DNA of 63,686 nt, filler included, from Collodictyon triciliatum (GCA_043381765.1; 8 parts of 8 records of this genome joined end to end with filler, not necessarily neighbours in it); one strand, 5' to 3'; numbered from the whole stretch's first letter, positions 50,101 to 63,686 are shown. The notes: a model not told the origin generated them from the letters alone. Program-made: numbers and translations.

Positions 50101-52442
50101 CTGTTTTAATGGAAAAGCAGTTGAGTGAGACTAAATTCAAAGTTGAAGAGCTTTTAGCTATACGCAAAGAGTTGGAAGATGAACTATCAGCCAGAGATTT
50201 AGGCGCCAAAAGATTGAATGATTCAATCAAATTGAAGGACAGAGATATATCCCGTCAGGGTGACGAAATTTTGGCATTGCAGTCCGAGGCCAGAGAGCAA
50301 ATTGTTGCTCTGACTAACTTAAGGGATCAACTCACCGAGGAACAAAGAAAAAATGCAAAATTAGAGATTGACATCATTCAACTTCGTGATTCTGTTGAAA
50401 CACAACATAACCAGGTAGAGCTCGGTAAAAAACATATTGAGAGGCTAAATGAGACGATTGAGAGGCAAAAGCAGGTACTGAGCGACAACAAAGTGGTTTT
50501 GCACCAAAACGAACAAAGAATTGCAAATTTAGAACGTGTAAATGTAGAATCGCAGTTACAAACACAACAATTAACTCAGACATTACAAAGTACAAAGAAA
50601 GAAAAATCTGAAACAGAGCGAGCTTTTATTGAACTGAAAGAAAATGCATCAAACTTATCGCAGAATTATCTCCAAGAGAGTCGCACACTGCATGCGAAGA
50701 TAGAGTCGCTCAATGACGATTTATATGATAGAGAAAGACAAATCAAACAGCTGCTCGCTGAATCTGAAAGTTTAAAAGCCCAGAACCAGTCTCTTTCTGA
50801 TGCAAAGAGAGATTTGGAAACAAAGCTACGAGCTCTAAGCGGTGAATTGTCCAGCACCAAGCACGAGCTGGAATCGAACGTATATCAACTGTCTACATCA
50901 AATAGTCAAATCAGTGCACTTAAGGCATCGCTAGATGAAGCACTGGGAAGGTCTGACGAATTGGATAAACAAGTTGCATCCTTGCAGCAAGCCATCATAA
51001 ACCATCAAATTAAAATGGAGTCTGAATTACTAGAAAAGAAAGCAATAAGTGAAAAGATGCGCTCCTTGCAAAAAGAGTTGGCCAGTCAAAGGCAGTTGTT
51101 GGATACGGAGACGGAATTGAATTCTGGTTTGAGTATTGATTTAATTACCTATAAAAAGCTTGCTGAAGAAGGGAAAGAACAATCCCATCAGCTCCAAAGT
51201 GAAGTCATTTCCCTGAAAAAGAGTCTGTCAGAGGCCAATCAGTTAACATACCAGATGGAGCATAGACAAAGAGAGGAAAAGCAAAAACTAATCGCCGAGA
51301 ATGACTCGATTTCTAGACAATTAAAAGCTTTGAACATGCAGGTAGAGAAAATGACCCAGGAGATTGAAAAGCGAGGGAATTTAATCACCCAGTTGCGAAA
51401 AGAAATAGAAACTGAACAAACATACTCGAAGGAAAATGTCCAACAACTAATTAACTACATGCGACTAGTGGATGAAGCAAAGAGAGATAAGGAAGCACTC
51501 CTACAAGAACAAGCATTATCTTCAAAACTTGCAGAAGAAGAAATCAATGCCTTACGAGCAGCACAGCGGGATGCTTTATCGAATGAAAAAAGTGGATTTG
51601 ATAAAAGGGAACTGCATTATCAACAAACAATACAATCGCTGCGAAACTCTTTGTCAATTCACAAGGAGTGCCTTGTTAAAAGTATTTTTGAATTTTCTCA
51701 AGTGATGGGCATTCTTTCCGAGTATCGACCTGAGTTTGTTTTCGATAACGGAAGCAGTCTTGAAGCTCGTTTGGCGACAGTAAGACTGTTTCTGGACCCG
51801 TCATCGAATGAGCTAAAAGAAGAGGTTGCTATCTGGAAGGCCATCCAAAGAATCTCTGTTTTGGTGGAAGATTTATTCAGTTCGTTTAAAGGTGCCAAAA
51901 AGACCATCGAGCTCGATATGGTCCCTAAACAAACGCATATTTCGCTGCAGACATCCAAGAGCATCTTAGAGAGAGATTGGCACGAAAAAGAACGCCGCTA
52001 CATCACAAAAATTGCTCAGTTGCAGACGATGATTGACAATGTCGCTGTGTATGTGAATGAGCTGGTAGAGAAAGAAGAGAAGGACTTGCACGATGCAGGG
52101 GAAATCGCAAAGTCTTTAAAGAGCAGCAAAGACATTGTATGCGCAGCACTTTACCACAATCCTCATCTCGCATTCCGGTCAAAGGATTTAGGTGGCTTCA
52201 ACTCCTGGTCGCATCGCTCGCAGAATGCCAGTGCGCATTTTCCTCTTGGGATAGAGGGCAACCGAAACAGCATTGCGACAAATACAGGACAGGGATATGG
52301 CGCCGGAACAACATCGGGCTCTGCAGCGAACGTGGACGAGCGTGCGGACCTCCACACGACCTCTGACATTGAGAGGTTTCTTGTCAATGGATTCCAGACT
52401 ATCCAGCGTCAGTTGGAGGCACAGGAGAGCGCCAACACAAAG
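44142..52442 (+). CDS. Giant coiled-coil protein, one exon over 8.3 kb, partial at both ends
   Basis: Frame open from contig start to an AAG|GTAATT donor; E/K/L/Q-rich heptads throughout. Confidence 0.9.
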
Positions 52443-52945
52443 GTAATTTGTGTGGAATGGCTTGCATATTTATTGGTGTTATATTATTCTATATGATAAT
52501 GATAACAACTATAATTATATTAATAGAATGTGCCTATATACAACCTTAGTGTAGATGCATGTGATTAGTGAGGATTGTGTAGAGTGTCTTAATAGTTGAG
52601 TTATTACACATCCTAACATACGCTTTTTTCTTGAATTATTTGCTGTGTATATATTTTCCTTTTTCTCTCTCTTTTGTGTGTGTGATTTGTGTGTGATTTG
52701 TGTGTGTTTTGTGTGTGTGTTTGTGTGTGTTTGTGTGATGTGTGTGTTTGTGTGATGTGTGTGTTTGTGTGATGTGTGTGTGTTTTGTGTGATGTGTGTG
52801 TGTTTTGTGTGTGTTTTGTGTGTGTGTGTTTTGTGTGTGTTTTGTNNNNNNNNNNNNNNNNNNNNNNNNNNNNNNNNNNNNNNNNNNNNTTAATTAATTA
52901 ANNNNNNNNNNNNNNNNNNNNNNNNNNNNNNNNNNNNNNNNNNNN

Positions 52946-53027
<82 letters not shown>

Positions 53028-53252
53028 ATTATTATTATTATTATAATTATAATTATTTTGATTGCTCATGATACTGTTGTATTTGGTATATATATATGTT
53101 CCATAGAAGATGTGAATTTTTTTAAAGTTTCTTTCTAAATTTTTTTTTTGGTTTCTTTTCAACAGTTTATTGAGAGAAAAAAGTTTCTAAATATTTGACC
53201 TATTCATTTTCCTGTGAATCAATTTAATGTGCTTAAAGTATAAAATTACTAG

Positions 53253-56200
53253 TTAGCAGACGGGGTACTAGGCGAACATTCACAACCAGCATATGTTACT
53301 TGCTTTTCGATGTGCAAAAGCATGCTGTCAGAATTCAGTAAATTGTCCACAACTCATCCAGAAAAGGTCTGGCTTTATATTTTACTCAACTTTACCTGGT
53401 TGAATTCACATGTAATTGTGTTGTAAAATGCGTTACCCAGCCAATAATCATTCTATGTACATTGCCCTCAAAGTTTAAGATTTTGGTCACTATGACAACC
53501 GGGCCAGTGGAAGCAGGAATTGTTAACTGCCAGAAACGAAGTTTTGATGTCTATGGAAAGGGTATTTCTTCGCTTTGAAACCAACATAAAAAAAGCATTC
53601 TTATCACCCACGAGCGAATTATAGGTGTATCTAGGGTTTCATCTTTGGCAAGAAAGATTATCAAAAGACAGCACCTATCGAATGTGCAATTATATGTGAC
53701 TGAAGAAATATATAAAAGATTTGAGGTGATTCGCTTTTATTTTCTCGGTCAAAATGGTTAATATTTACATTTAATGGCGCCAAGGTTGATGTTTATATCA
53801 TTATGCAATGAAATTAAAGAGTTTTATTTTTGCACATACAGTATACATCTACTTTTTTAGAGGTAGTAGTACCACGTCATCCTATCATCTATCATTATCT
53901 ATCGCCCAAACAAAACCACGAGGAGACAGATGTAACAACGATAATTTACCGTCCTGAATCGACCGAACCTCACGCTATGCACGTAAATGTATCCATGTCC
54001 TCCTTGGCGACTGATTTGGATTCTACTCGTCAATCGGTACATCCTAACCTCATGCTAAGGATATTTTTTTTCTATCTGAAAACCACACATGAATTTGTAT
54101 CGAAAATTAAAAATTCAAAGCAATCTCTCGAATTATCTATGAATATAGAGCCTATCCCTTCATACGAGGCACTTAAAATTGATGGCTGAAATAAAAGAAG
54201 CTAATCAGTTGATATATATGGAGGATCAGTCGAAGTTTGCTTACTTTGTGAAAAGGAAAGAAAGGCAAAAAATGACTATGTACGCAATTTCGTACACCTT
54301 TCACTTCATTTCTACTCATTTTAACATTTGTTTGGTCCTTTCTGTATAATCTTCATAGTATCAAGCTAATAAATTCCCGATATGTATCCTCTTTCTTTCT
54401 TTTTTCAAAAAAAGTGCAAGGTAAAGCAAACTACTTAATTCTATCTGAAAACAATAGAATTCACCTTTGGATGGTGATGATTTGTTACATCTCTTGGGGG
54501 CTATTTGAACACAAAAGTTTTGCAATCTACAACATCGAAGATTTTTCATTAGCTGGAAGAATCACTTTTGCTCGCTTCTTCATATTGCTTCCGTTGATAT
54601 ATTTGATGCTATTGGTTTCTCACATGCAATTGAAATACATGACCCAGAAATTGCTTGAGAAGTACCCAGTCAGTAATTTTGGACATTTGATTTTTTTCCT
54701 TCCTTATGGTGCTTTTCTGCCCTGGAAATGCTTTTTACTTCTTGAGATATCCCAAATTCATCCAATCGCGGTGCACGAGCTCAAGTTCTACATCAACGAG
54801 GGCCTCTTGTGGCTTTTGTTATTTTCTTCGTGTCCAATGACTTCCTTCCGCTCAACAGTTGTCGCGGGTATAGCTTGGTTAATAGAAAACTCCATTGCAA
54901 TCGTCATTTACAAAAATGAATTGGGGTAATAAATTTGAATTACGCACTTATATTAGAGATATTGCCCCTTTTTTTAAAAAAAAAAATAATAAAATTACGT
55001 GATAAATATGCACGCATAACTAACCCAGAAAAACATATAAAACTCAAAATTATTTTTCCTAACAGGAACAACTCAATCGTATCATTGATATTTGAGATAG
55101 CCTTATATGGGGTTTGTATTATGCTCCTTGCTGTATACCAAGGGAAAATAAAAACAGATTCTGTCAAACAAGAATTGGCTGTGCAAATACGTCTTCATAA
55201 GGTCTGTTATCACAATACAAAATTCTTTCAGTGATATTTGAATTACTTTTGTTTCTTGTGTGTGTGTGAGTGTTGTAAAAAATAGAGAAACCACATGACT
55301 TTCGTACATTTAAGAACTTTTTTTTTGACCTTTGAGTTCATTTCAAAAATATCATAGGAAATTGAAGGTGCAAAAGCAGAGCAACAACTGACAGAGGAAA
55401 TCATACTGTCTGTTCTACCCGAAAAGCTTTACAAATCAGTTAACAAGAGAAATATTCAACAAATGCAAGCCTATCAAAATGTTACGATAGTCCTTGTTAA
55501 TATACACAAATTCTGTTCTGTCACATCTATGATGACACCATCCAATCGTCTAATTTACATGTCCGGTACTGCAGTCGACCTTAGACATTTTTTTCGTTAC
55601 TGATTGTATCTTCGACTTTTTTGTTTTGTTTGTTTATTGCGTCTCTCTAACATTAAACTATGTTTTTAATATTTCCTCTTAAACATGTGGACCTTATTCA
55701 AGTAATTTGTGAACGCGAACACAGAGACACATTCGCATACTGATGTATACCTCTTTTACATCAGACTTTCATATGTCACTGGAAGAGTTGGGGAAAGTGC
55801 ATAAAGTTAATCCGGTGAAAACATTTGGAGATACTTATATGGTAATAAATTCACTCATAGATGTAATACTCCAGGGCGGGTTATAGGTTAATCATTCTTC
55901 ACTGAAACAACGTCCATCGAATGAATATACAATTTCTATTCATGCGATATTGAAATTATTTCTCTCTTTCAGTTTTTCTCAAGCGTATATGATGGTGAAG
56001 ATTCTATCATACGGGCCATTCGTTTTGCCAGTGATGTATGTAGATTTGCTTTATATAAACCTAAATTTTTGTGTGGGTCTTGGATTAAACCCAAAAAACA
56101 TAATGAAACTAGGTGAAAGCGACTATAAATTGTCAGATGGTTTTCCCAACGAATCAGAGGGTATATACAAGAATAGGAATAAGCAATGGTGGTGTGATTG

Positions 56201-56826
56201 GAGGTGTATTAGGTAATACTCCCGTACTTTCTTGAATCTTATGTCAAAAATTTCTTTCGTCTCCACTAATTCCTACACTTTGTGGTGTTTTCAGGAACTA
56301 GTAGATTTTCATTTGACTACTGGGGGCAGTCAGGTTTGTTCATGGCATGCGATATTAAGTCTGTTTTGTTTTATTTTATTTTGTTTGTCTTTTTGTTTGT
56401 TTTTTTGTTTTTGTTTTTTGTGTTTTGTGTTTTTTTGTTTTCGTATAGGCAATTAAGTTTTGAGCGGGTTCAATTAATGAGTACATCATTAATCAAAAGT
56501 GGACGAGGCAAAGGATATCTGTTTTTCATGCCCAGAGGGCAAGATACAGGTCTTTGAATTCGAAGCCTCGCAATTCCGATTGGCTCCATTTCCACTTTAT
56601 CTGGTATATTTTCTATACTCTGCTAATACGTTTCCGAAACTAGATTTCAGAGGCCATATACATGACACTGGCCAACCAAAAGGTGTTCAACACACAAATA
56701 TCAAACACTCATCAGTACGGGATTTCCAAGAGAGGATTCTTTGTTGATATAACTACGAACATATGGGAACTTTTTGTCGCGAATATTGATTGGATTGAAT
56801 CCCCCATCCACAACGAGAAAGTGTAG
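53253..56826 (+). CDS. Membrane class III adenylyl/guanylyl cyclase-like protein (end of first cyclase domain, TM block, second cyclase domain), 5' truncated
   Basis: TGPVEAGIVNCQKRSFDVYG; hydrophobic exon 54359-54925; ILSVLPE, YQNVTIVLVNI, KTFGDTYM, RIGISNGGVIGGVLGTSRFSFDYWG, PEGKIQISE. Confidence 0.85.
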
Positions 56827-57182
56827 CCGGTACACTTTGTGAATGGCAAAATTTACATAAAAACATGTGAATGTCAATTATTTCGGCCTTGTGCCTTTAT
56901 CTATGCATGCTTAATTTACGGCTGGCGGGAGCTATTGCTATTAGGTGGAAAGGAGTTATAGATATCGATTAACACCATTAGGAAACAAAAAGCACGAAAT
57001 TCTTTTCGTTTAGAGAATATGTTTGCTTTTTTGTTTTGTAGTGCATTTATTATCGTAATATTCTTGTGTTAAAGAGCAACGTATGCTATCTTAAAAGCAA
57101 CATGCAGATTTACACACACAGAAAAAAAAAAGCCACAGCCAGCCACTCTCTTACTTTATGACTGGCTCTTCGATTAGTTTTA

Positions 57183-60100
57183 TCACATTTTTCCGAGGTC
57201 AATGCTGGTGTTAGAACGTAGTTTGGTTGCAGATATGTTAAGGTTGTTAATAGGTTCATTCTGTCCGCTTTCATGGTCTTCTTTAGCAGCATTTGTTTCT
57301 GAATAAGAGGGTTCGAAGCGTGCTTGTGTCCGGCTGCGGCGATGACCAAGATTATTTCGACCCTTCGCAGAACGGGATAGATAGCCTTGAATCATGCCGT
57401 TTGTCGTTACGCTGATGGATTGAGCAAGTTCTCTGTCTTTAAAGTATCCGTCGAAACGGTAGCTACATGCAGGAGTTGAGCATTAGATTTCCTTTGCAAC
57501 TGGGCATGCCTTCATCAAAAATAGGCATGGTCGCTGTCCATCGAACAAGGTCGCACACATAAAGTGTATGTTAACCTGAGCCAGAGGTACAGGTCAATCA
57601 CTTGGTGAACCATTTCTAATTCCCGCAGTTTTTCGTCGTTGACAGGTATTCGATTTGGGATATTAACATCAAACGGGATGGCTTCGCGTCGCGAATATTT
57701 TTGTGCGTACTGCAAATTTTGGTCAGGTTTGTAGCGAATGTAATTAATTCTTATTTATCTTTTTCTAATAATAAGAATAATAATAATAATCACAAATGCC
57801 AACCCTTCTAACAGCAACAAAAGCTGCAGTGTTTTGCGGATTTACAGGAGCAACAGAAAAGTGGTACATGTCCTCAAGAGTCAGATTAGGTATATCCATT
57901 AGTGAGTCCGATATCATCTGGTCAAGTATCGTATGATTTTTTAACACCTCTATAGTCACTCTCATTTGTTTTCGCGTTTTTTTTTTTTTTCCTTTCTTCG
58001 TTTATCACAAAATATAGTGGTGGTTAATTTATTTTTTTAATAAAAAAAAAATGACCATGATATACCTTCATATTACTATAGTCGCAGTGAAAATAGCTCC
58101 CATCCAAGCGAGCCATTGCGACAAACTCGTCCTAGCCAAATGAGATAGAGAAATATGCAAAAAGTTATTATGCAAATCTTACAGGCTTTTCTCTCTTCAG
58201 TTCCATAGCATATAATGAAAACATTCTGTCCTCAGCAGTACCATGACATCGGACAGCGATTGGCTACCAGTTGGATGAAGTTTTGAAAAAAAACGCACTT
58301 GCTCAAGAGATGGCAACAGCCCTGCTTTCTGATGGCACAAGACAAAAATGAATAAACATCACAACAATTGGATTATCACATATTTGAAATTACCTTGATT
58401 GGTGTAAGTTTTTGTTGCAGTCCCCACTTCAGAGTGTTCATATCCTGTTCCATGAAGCTTCAAAAAGCAAATGCATTCCAGATTATGAAGGGTGTTTTTT
58501 TTTTTCATTTTTAAGGGTAAAAGAAAAAAATATCAGATGAAACCCATTTTACACGCTACCAAGTGACATATCCTTCATTTTTTCCTCTGCCAGCACGACC
58601 AGCTATTTGTCTTATTTGAGAGGGTGTCAGCAGTACTGTATCTTCACCATCAAACTTTTCCATAGTGTAAAAGACAATTCTACGAATATTCCTATTTTTG
58701 TTTTAAAAATAGCAATACATTAGATGAGCCAAACAGGACAAATTTTTAAAATTGAACGGAATATTACAGGTTTAGTCCCATGCCAATAGCATCTGAAGCC
58801 ACAAGTACGTCAAATCCATTATCAATCTCATTAAATAACCGAGCTTGCTCAGCTCGCACTTCGGGAGGCAACTGTCCATACACCAGACAGCACTTGAGGC
58901 GAGTTGTTTTCTCAATCATATCCTTCACAAATGAAAGGTAAGAGAATCTGACAGCAGATATTGTAAAAACAGAAATAATCGATCAAGTCCAAAAGAAATC
59001 AATCCATTTTATTTTTTTTAGATTCCCATTAAAGTCTCGCATAGCGTTCTTGAATTATATGTAAGACCAGATGATGAAGCAAAATTTAAAAATATGAACA
59101 GTACGTGCTAATAATACCTTGACCATGTGAATTTCCTTTCTGGAAAATACAACAATTGCATCCCCTTTTCGAATATTGGACCATCTGCTTTGAAGAGAGT
59201 GGGGTATTACTGTCAACACGCCTTGGCGTTGGTATTCACGCAGCTGCGAGTAAAATTGAGATTGTTAGATTTGTTGGAATTTTTCCTCTTATATAAGGGG
59301 TTTGGATGAAAGTATTGAATATTCAGAGCAAATTTGTGCATGTATTTTTATTATGATCTTTATTCTTTTTTTTTTTTTTTGGGTTTGCTTGAATGACAAT
59401 AAAGCCCGAGTAAATATATCTGTAAAATAAAGAAAAATGGGCATAAACACAGAAGTGATTATTTCATGCTAGGGTATGGCTTGATGAATCTTGAAGAGAC
59501 CTCAAAGGTGTCTGATGTGAGATTGCACATGCTCTTAATCAAGTCAATGGCTGAGCCATCCCCGCACACATGCAACTCGGGAGTACATAGTCCGAGAAAA
59601 GCCCGAGTCCAAGCCCATCCTCTATTTGGGTCTGAAATCATCTAATTTGTATTGGTAACATAATAATCGGTGGATCATTTCTTTTATTTCATAACAATAA
59701 TGTTACAAGAGATTCAATAATGCAAGTGATTGAATGATATTTGGCGCATTAAAGAGCTGACCATATTAGAGGGGTGTAGAAATCGTAAGAAAAAAATTAC
59801 TTGGATTTCGTCGATTACAGCGCACCCAAAGCTTTTCTGCAAGTCAGTCATTTCGACAGTACATGAGATGTGCGTATGGTTTGGAGTTTCCTTCCGCTCC
59901 TGTCCTGTAATTAGATTTGTAGGCACGGATGATTCCATAAGGTTATCATATACTTCGAGAGCTAGAAGTCGTAGAGGGGCGCAATAGAGTCCATTAAGGC
60001 TTTTTTTTAGGTTAAGTAACGCCTGATACGTTTTTCCACTGTTTGTTGGACCGGCGTGATAGATAACCCTTCTCTAAATGTGCAGAATCATAATTTTTTC

Positions 60101-61170
60101 TGATTTAGAGATAAACTATAAAATGAAGGATATGCATTTTGGGATATTTAATAGGTATTCTTAGTTAAAAAAATAATGGAAAAGTAATAGATATTTAAAT
60201 GACTTTTTTGGTAGCAGTCTCGAAAGAAAAAAAGAAGTAATTATTACTTTAATATTTCTTGCATTAGGGTAAAGTAGATGGGGAAGTCGTAAATCGGTCA
60301 GAGAGCGGAGAGAATTGAATGAAGAAAATGCTTTGGGATATATCTTAGCTCCGAACTGAGTTACTTTTTGTATGTAATCTTCTTCAAGATTATCTAAATA
60401 ATTATTTGGTTTTTAAGCCATACAGTGATACAAACTCTAATAGTATATGGTTTAAATAAATCTACAGGTAAAGTCGTAATACAATATGAAAGATAATCGA
60501 TTGATAAATGTAAAACCAACTTGAGTGAGCCAGCTTAATGAAATCCCTGGCCTCGCTTGGTTTTTCTCTCAGAGAAGAGAACATTGATTTTTCTATGCGA
60601 CGAATCATGCGGGAGCCAAAAATGGATAATCCTGAACGCTCAATCGATTCCTCTTTTAATCGTATGTGTTGCAGAGACCGCAGTATATCTGTAAAAGAAA
60701 ATAAACCACTATTGAGATCTAACTGAAGCCCAGATGCGATAATTTTGAAAAGAATAAAAAGGAATATTGAAGAATAGGAGCTTCTATATAAACAGAATAG
60801 AAGTGGAAAAAAAACCGATACAGAGACTCTTAAGTGAATAAAAGCTCTCGTGAATGAGTTTGCAAGTGAGATAATATAATTCTTGGTTGTGTACCATAGA
60901 TAACAAAGAAAAGAAAAGAAAAGAAAAGAAAGGAGGTGAGGGCTGAGACTTGCCTTTTTCCTCAAAGGTCAAGGGAGCATCCTTGTTTGTGGTGGAGGCA
61001 GGATCCAGCAGCTTGTCTACTTCCGCAGCAGCCTTGGACGAATATGCACATGCAAACTTGCATAGCTTCGCTGAGGGCCGTAGTGGGGTGGTAAAACAGT
61101 TCGCTGACAAGCCCAGGGCCGGCCCGTTTTTCAGCCTGTGGGGTATGCCAAGGATCCGCCACGGAATCAT
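57183..61170 (-). CDS. SUPV3L1: Mitochondrial ATP-dependent RNA helicase SUV3, about 14 exons, complete
   Basis: [90 protein letters not shown]. Confidence 0.97.
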
Positions 61171-61952
61171 CGGTCGGGCTCCTGCTTTGTTTGAAGCGAA
61201 AGAAAGAGTTCAGAAACCCCCTGAAGAAGAGTGGACAGGTTTATGGTATTTTGCTGATGGGTCTTCTTGTCTCAGCAGGCAGACTGTCTTTCTTTGCTCC
61301 ATCATAACATAACTCCCTCATCTTTCTTCACCTTTGAGGAGCGTCATTATGTTGGAAGCGCAAAAATATTTAAAAAAAAAAGTATGGTGTCGTTATATAT
61401 ATATATATATGTTTGCTTCTTTTTTTCCTTTTTTCCTTTTTCCTTTTTTTCTTTTTCTTTTTCTTTTTCTTTTTCTTTTTCTTTTTTTTCTTTTTTTCTT
61501 TTTTCTTTTTTTCTTTTTTTCTTTTTTTCTTTTTTTCTTTTTTTCTTTTTTTCTTTTTTTCCTTTTTTCCTTTTTTTCCTTTTTTCCTTTTTTTTCCTTT
61601 TTTCCTTTTTTTCCTTTTTTTCCTTTTTTTCCTTTTTTTCCTTTTTTTTTNNNNNNNNNNNNNNNNNNNNNNNNNNNNNNNNNNNNNNNNNNNNTTAATT
61701 AATTAANNNNNNNNNNNNNNNNNNNNNNNNNNNNNNNNNNNNNNNNNNNNCTTTTCTCTCTCTTTTCTCTCTCTTTTCTCTCTCTTTTCTCTCTCTTTTC
61801 TCTCTCTTTTCTCTCTCTCTCTCTCTCCCTCTCTCTCCCTCTCTCTTTTTTTCTCTTTTTTTCTCTTTTTTTCTCTTTTTTTCTCTTTTTTTTTCTTCTC
61901 TCTCTTCTTTTAATATGCCTTCGCTCCCCTACACGTTCTTTATTACCGCAAG

Positions 61953-62210
61953 CACGCACTGACCAGCCTATTTGCGCATACGACGAGCAGATGGACCACG
62001 GACCTGCACACTGGCGTCGATGTGAATCTCTACTCGTTCGGCCCGTCCTCCGAGGAGCTGCGCGGAAACCATGAAAACATAGAGATTGGGAAGCTGATGG
62101 AGAGGTATCTGGGCATCGACCTGGCCGCCTTGACAGATGACCTGAGAAGAGAGCGCAAGTCCTTTGATGCGCAGCCAAACCTGAACGGCGTCTTGCATCC
62201 CCACTTCTAA
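61953..62210 (+). CDS. Alkaline phosphatase, last exon only
   Basis: WTTDLHTGVDVNLYSFGPSSEELRGNHENIEIG matches the family's C-terminal HTGxDV..xGP..xG..xN pattern. Confidence 0.75.
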   Translation, partial: HALTSLFAHTTSRWTTDLHTGVDVNLYSFGPSSEELRGNHENIEIGKLMERYLGIDLAALTDDLRRERKSFDAQPNLNGVLHPHF

Positions 62211-62491
62211 GCCGTGCCTCTGCAGAGCATCGCCCAGGAATTGGTCAAATCGCACTGAAATGAAAATCATGAACACAAAAGAGAAAGCGAAAAAGTAAAA
62301 GAAAAACAAATGAAAGACGACAAGTTTGACTGGTATTTCTTTTTCCATGTGTTTCCGGGCTCAAAACGAGGGGATTTACTTCCTTTTTTTTTTTATGTTG
62401 ATTCGATTCTCTCATCATTCTACTTCATTATCAGTATTGTTATTATTACTGTTTTTTTTTCTTTCCTCCTTTACTTGAGGCGGGTTTATTC

Positions 62492-63452
62492 CTATTTCGC
62501 ACGGGCAAGTTTCCAGTCCCTGTCCTGGTATGATTTCAAGGACCGCACACGCCGGACGATTGGGACGATTAAAACCAAGCCTTTTGTGCGAGATAAGCAT
62601 GGGGTTTTGGTCAGGGATTTGATTTTGCCTGGGCGAAGCTATGAGCCATGTGCATCACATCTGCCGAGGGAAAAGAGATATGCATTTCCACATGAGAAGA
62701 GATGGGAAAAGGAAGACAGAGAGACAAACCAATGACGACTCCGCTGGCAAAAACGCTGATGAATCCATCGTCTCCCTGCAAGCAAAGGGGAGGACGGAAG
62801 CCGTGGTGGAAGCAATCGAGATTCTCGTGGCAGGGATACTCTGAACTGCCTGTGCGAGACAATCCGTCATGATTCATTTGGGGGCGAGTTGCGCCATCGA
62901 AGATTTGTGAATGTGGATGGGTTATCATAGAAGAAGGATTGGCGACGGTCGTTCAGGGATTAACAAGACAACTCAATCGCAAACAAACTCTTTCGTTCTG
63001 CTTTGTTTAATAAATGCACACGTTGTTTCATGGTGTGGGGCAATTACCATCGCAGCTGCCAGACGACAAATGAAAGATGGCTAAAATTTTATTTTGTATT
63101 TAAAATGAAAAAAAAAAAGGAATAATACTGACTGAACTGGCTGGAATGAATTGACTGGTACGCAGTTTTTTTTTTTTTTTGGAATTAGTGACAATTCGAT
63201 TGGTTTGTCATATATGGATGTGTTCCCATTCACATGACATTATATCGGGAGCAAGGCATATAGTTGGGTAGTTTTCAATAAATCATATGCAAGTCCACCA
63301 TGATTCGGAGTATAAGACAAAAAAAAAAAAAAAAGGTTACCTTTGGTGGCGAGATATCGCGGAATATTTATTCCGATGGCATGAACAGTTTGTAGGATGG
63401 CCAGGTAACTCCCCGCATAATTCAAGTCAGTCACACGAGCAAAGAAGGTTGC
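62492..63452 (-). CDS. SLC33A1: Acetyl-CoA transporter (SLC33A1/AT-1-like), 3' exons
   Basis: FFARVTDLNYAGSYLAILQTVHAIGINIP, Cys-rich loop ending DDGF, final TM segment and basic tail with W. Confidence 0.7.
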
Positions 63453-63642
63453 CTGCATGGTGATAATGAATGTTTTTATTTATGAGCTGATTACATTTAT
63501 ATTTCTGCCATGATGAACCTGAATAAGCAAATATTTTTAAGACAAACAAATCACTTTTAAATAGAAAAATGATGAGTATCCCATGCAGGACGCTGTTTTT
63601 TTTTTTTTTTTTTTGGAAATTTTTTAATATATTTTCCTTTTT

Positions 63643-63686
<44 letters not shown>

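Noticed and set aside
8723-61750. TTAATTAATTAA palindrome recurring about every 8.8 kb
   Set aside because: Always embedded in N runs. It is a synthetic six-frame-stop linker between similar-sized contigs, so the periodicity and cross-linker gene neighbourhoods are artefacts.
63453-63600. Possible further AT-AC intron (ATACTC...AAAAAC) in SLC33A1
   Set aside because: It needs a 13-nt exon near the window edge, and an ordinary AG acceptor is available at 63453-63454. Not resolvable here.

Overview
Intron-dense, AT-rich eukaryotic DNA, probably a flagellated, mitochondriate protist (KATNIP, IQCK, SUV3, RsfS, FHA-forkhead). It is not one locus: eight contigs (the six complete ones 8.71-8.78 kb) are joined by artificial N-TTAATTAATTAA-N linkers, so adjacency across linkers means nothing. 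By hand splicing I recognise POLD1, an LRR protein, CCDC22, a TPR-array protein, KATNIP, an IQCK-like gene, Rab5, mitochondrial RsfS/MALSU1, an FHA-forkhead factor, a giant coiled-coil exon, a degenerate membrane nucleotidyl cyclase, SUV3, and the 3' ends of alkaline phosphatase and SLC33A1. The first notable signal is splicing: two textbook U12-type AT-AC introns and a probable GT-AG U12 intron in POLD1 alone, an atypical AT-AC intron needed to rebuild Rab5, about six GC-AG introns, and many weak or purine-rich acceptors. The second is a decayed L1/Tx1-like retroelement whose last 20-65 nt recur as tiny, mostly TSD-flanked insertions. All gene models are manual and lack transcript support.
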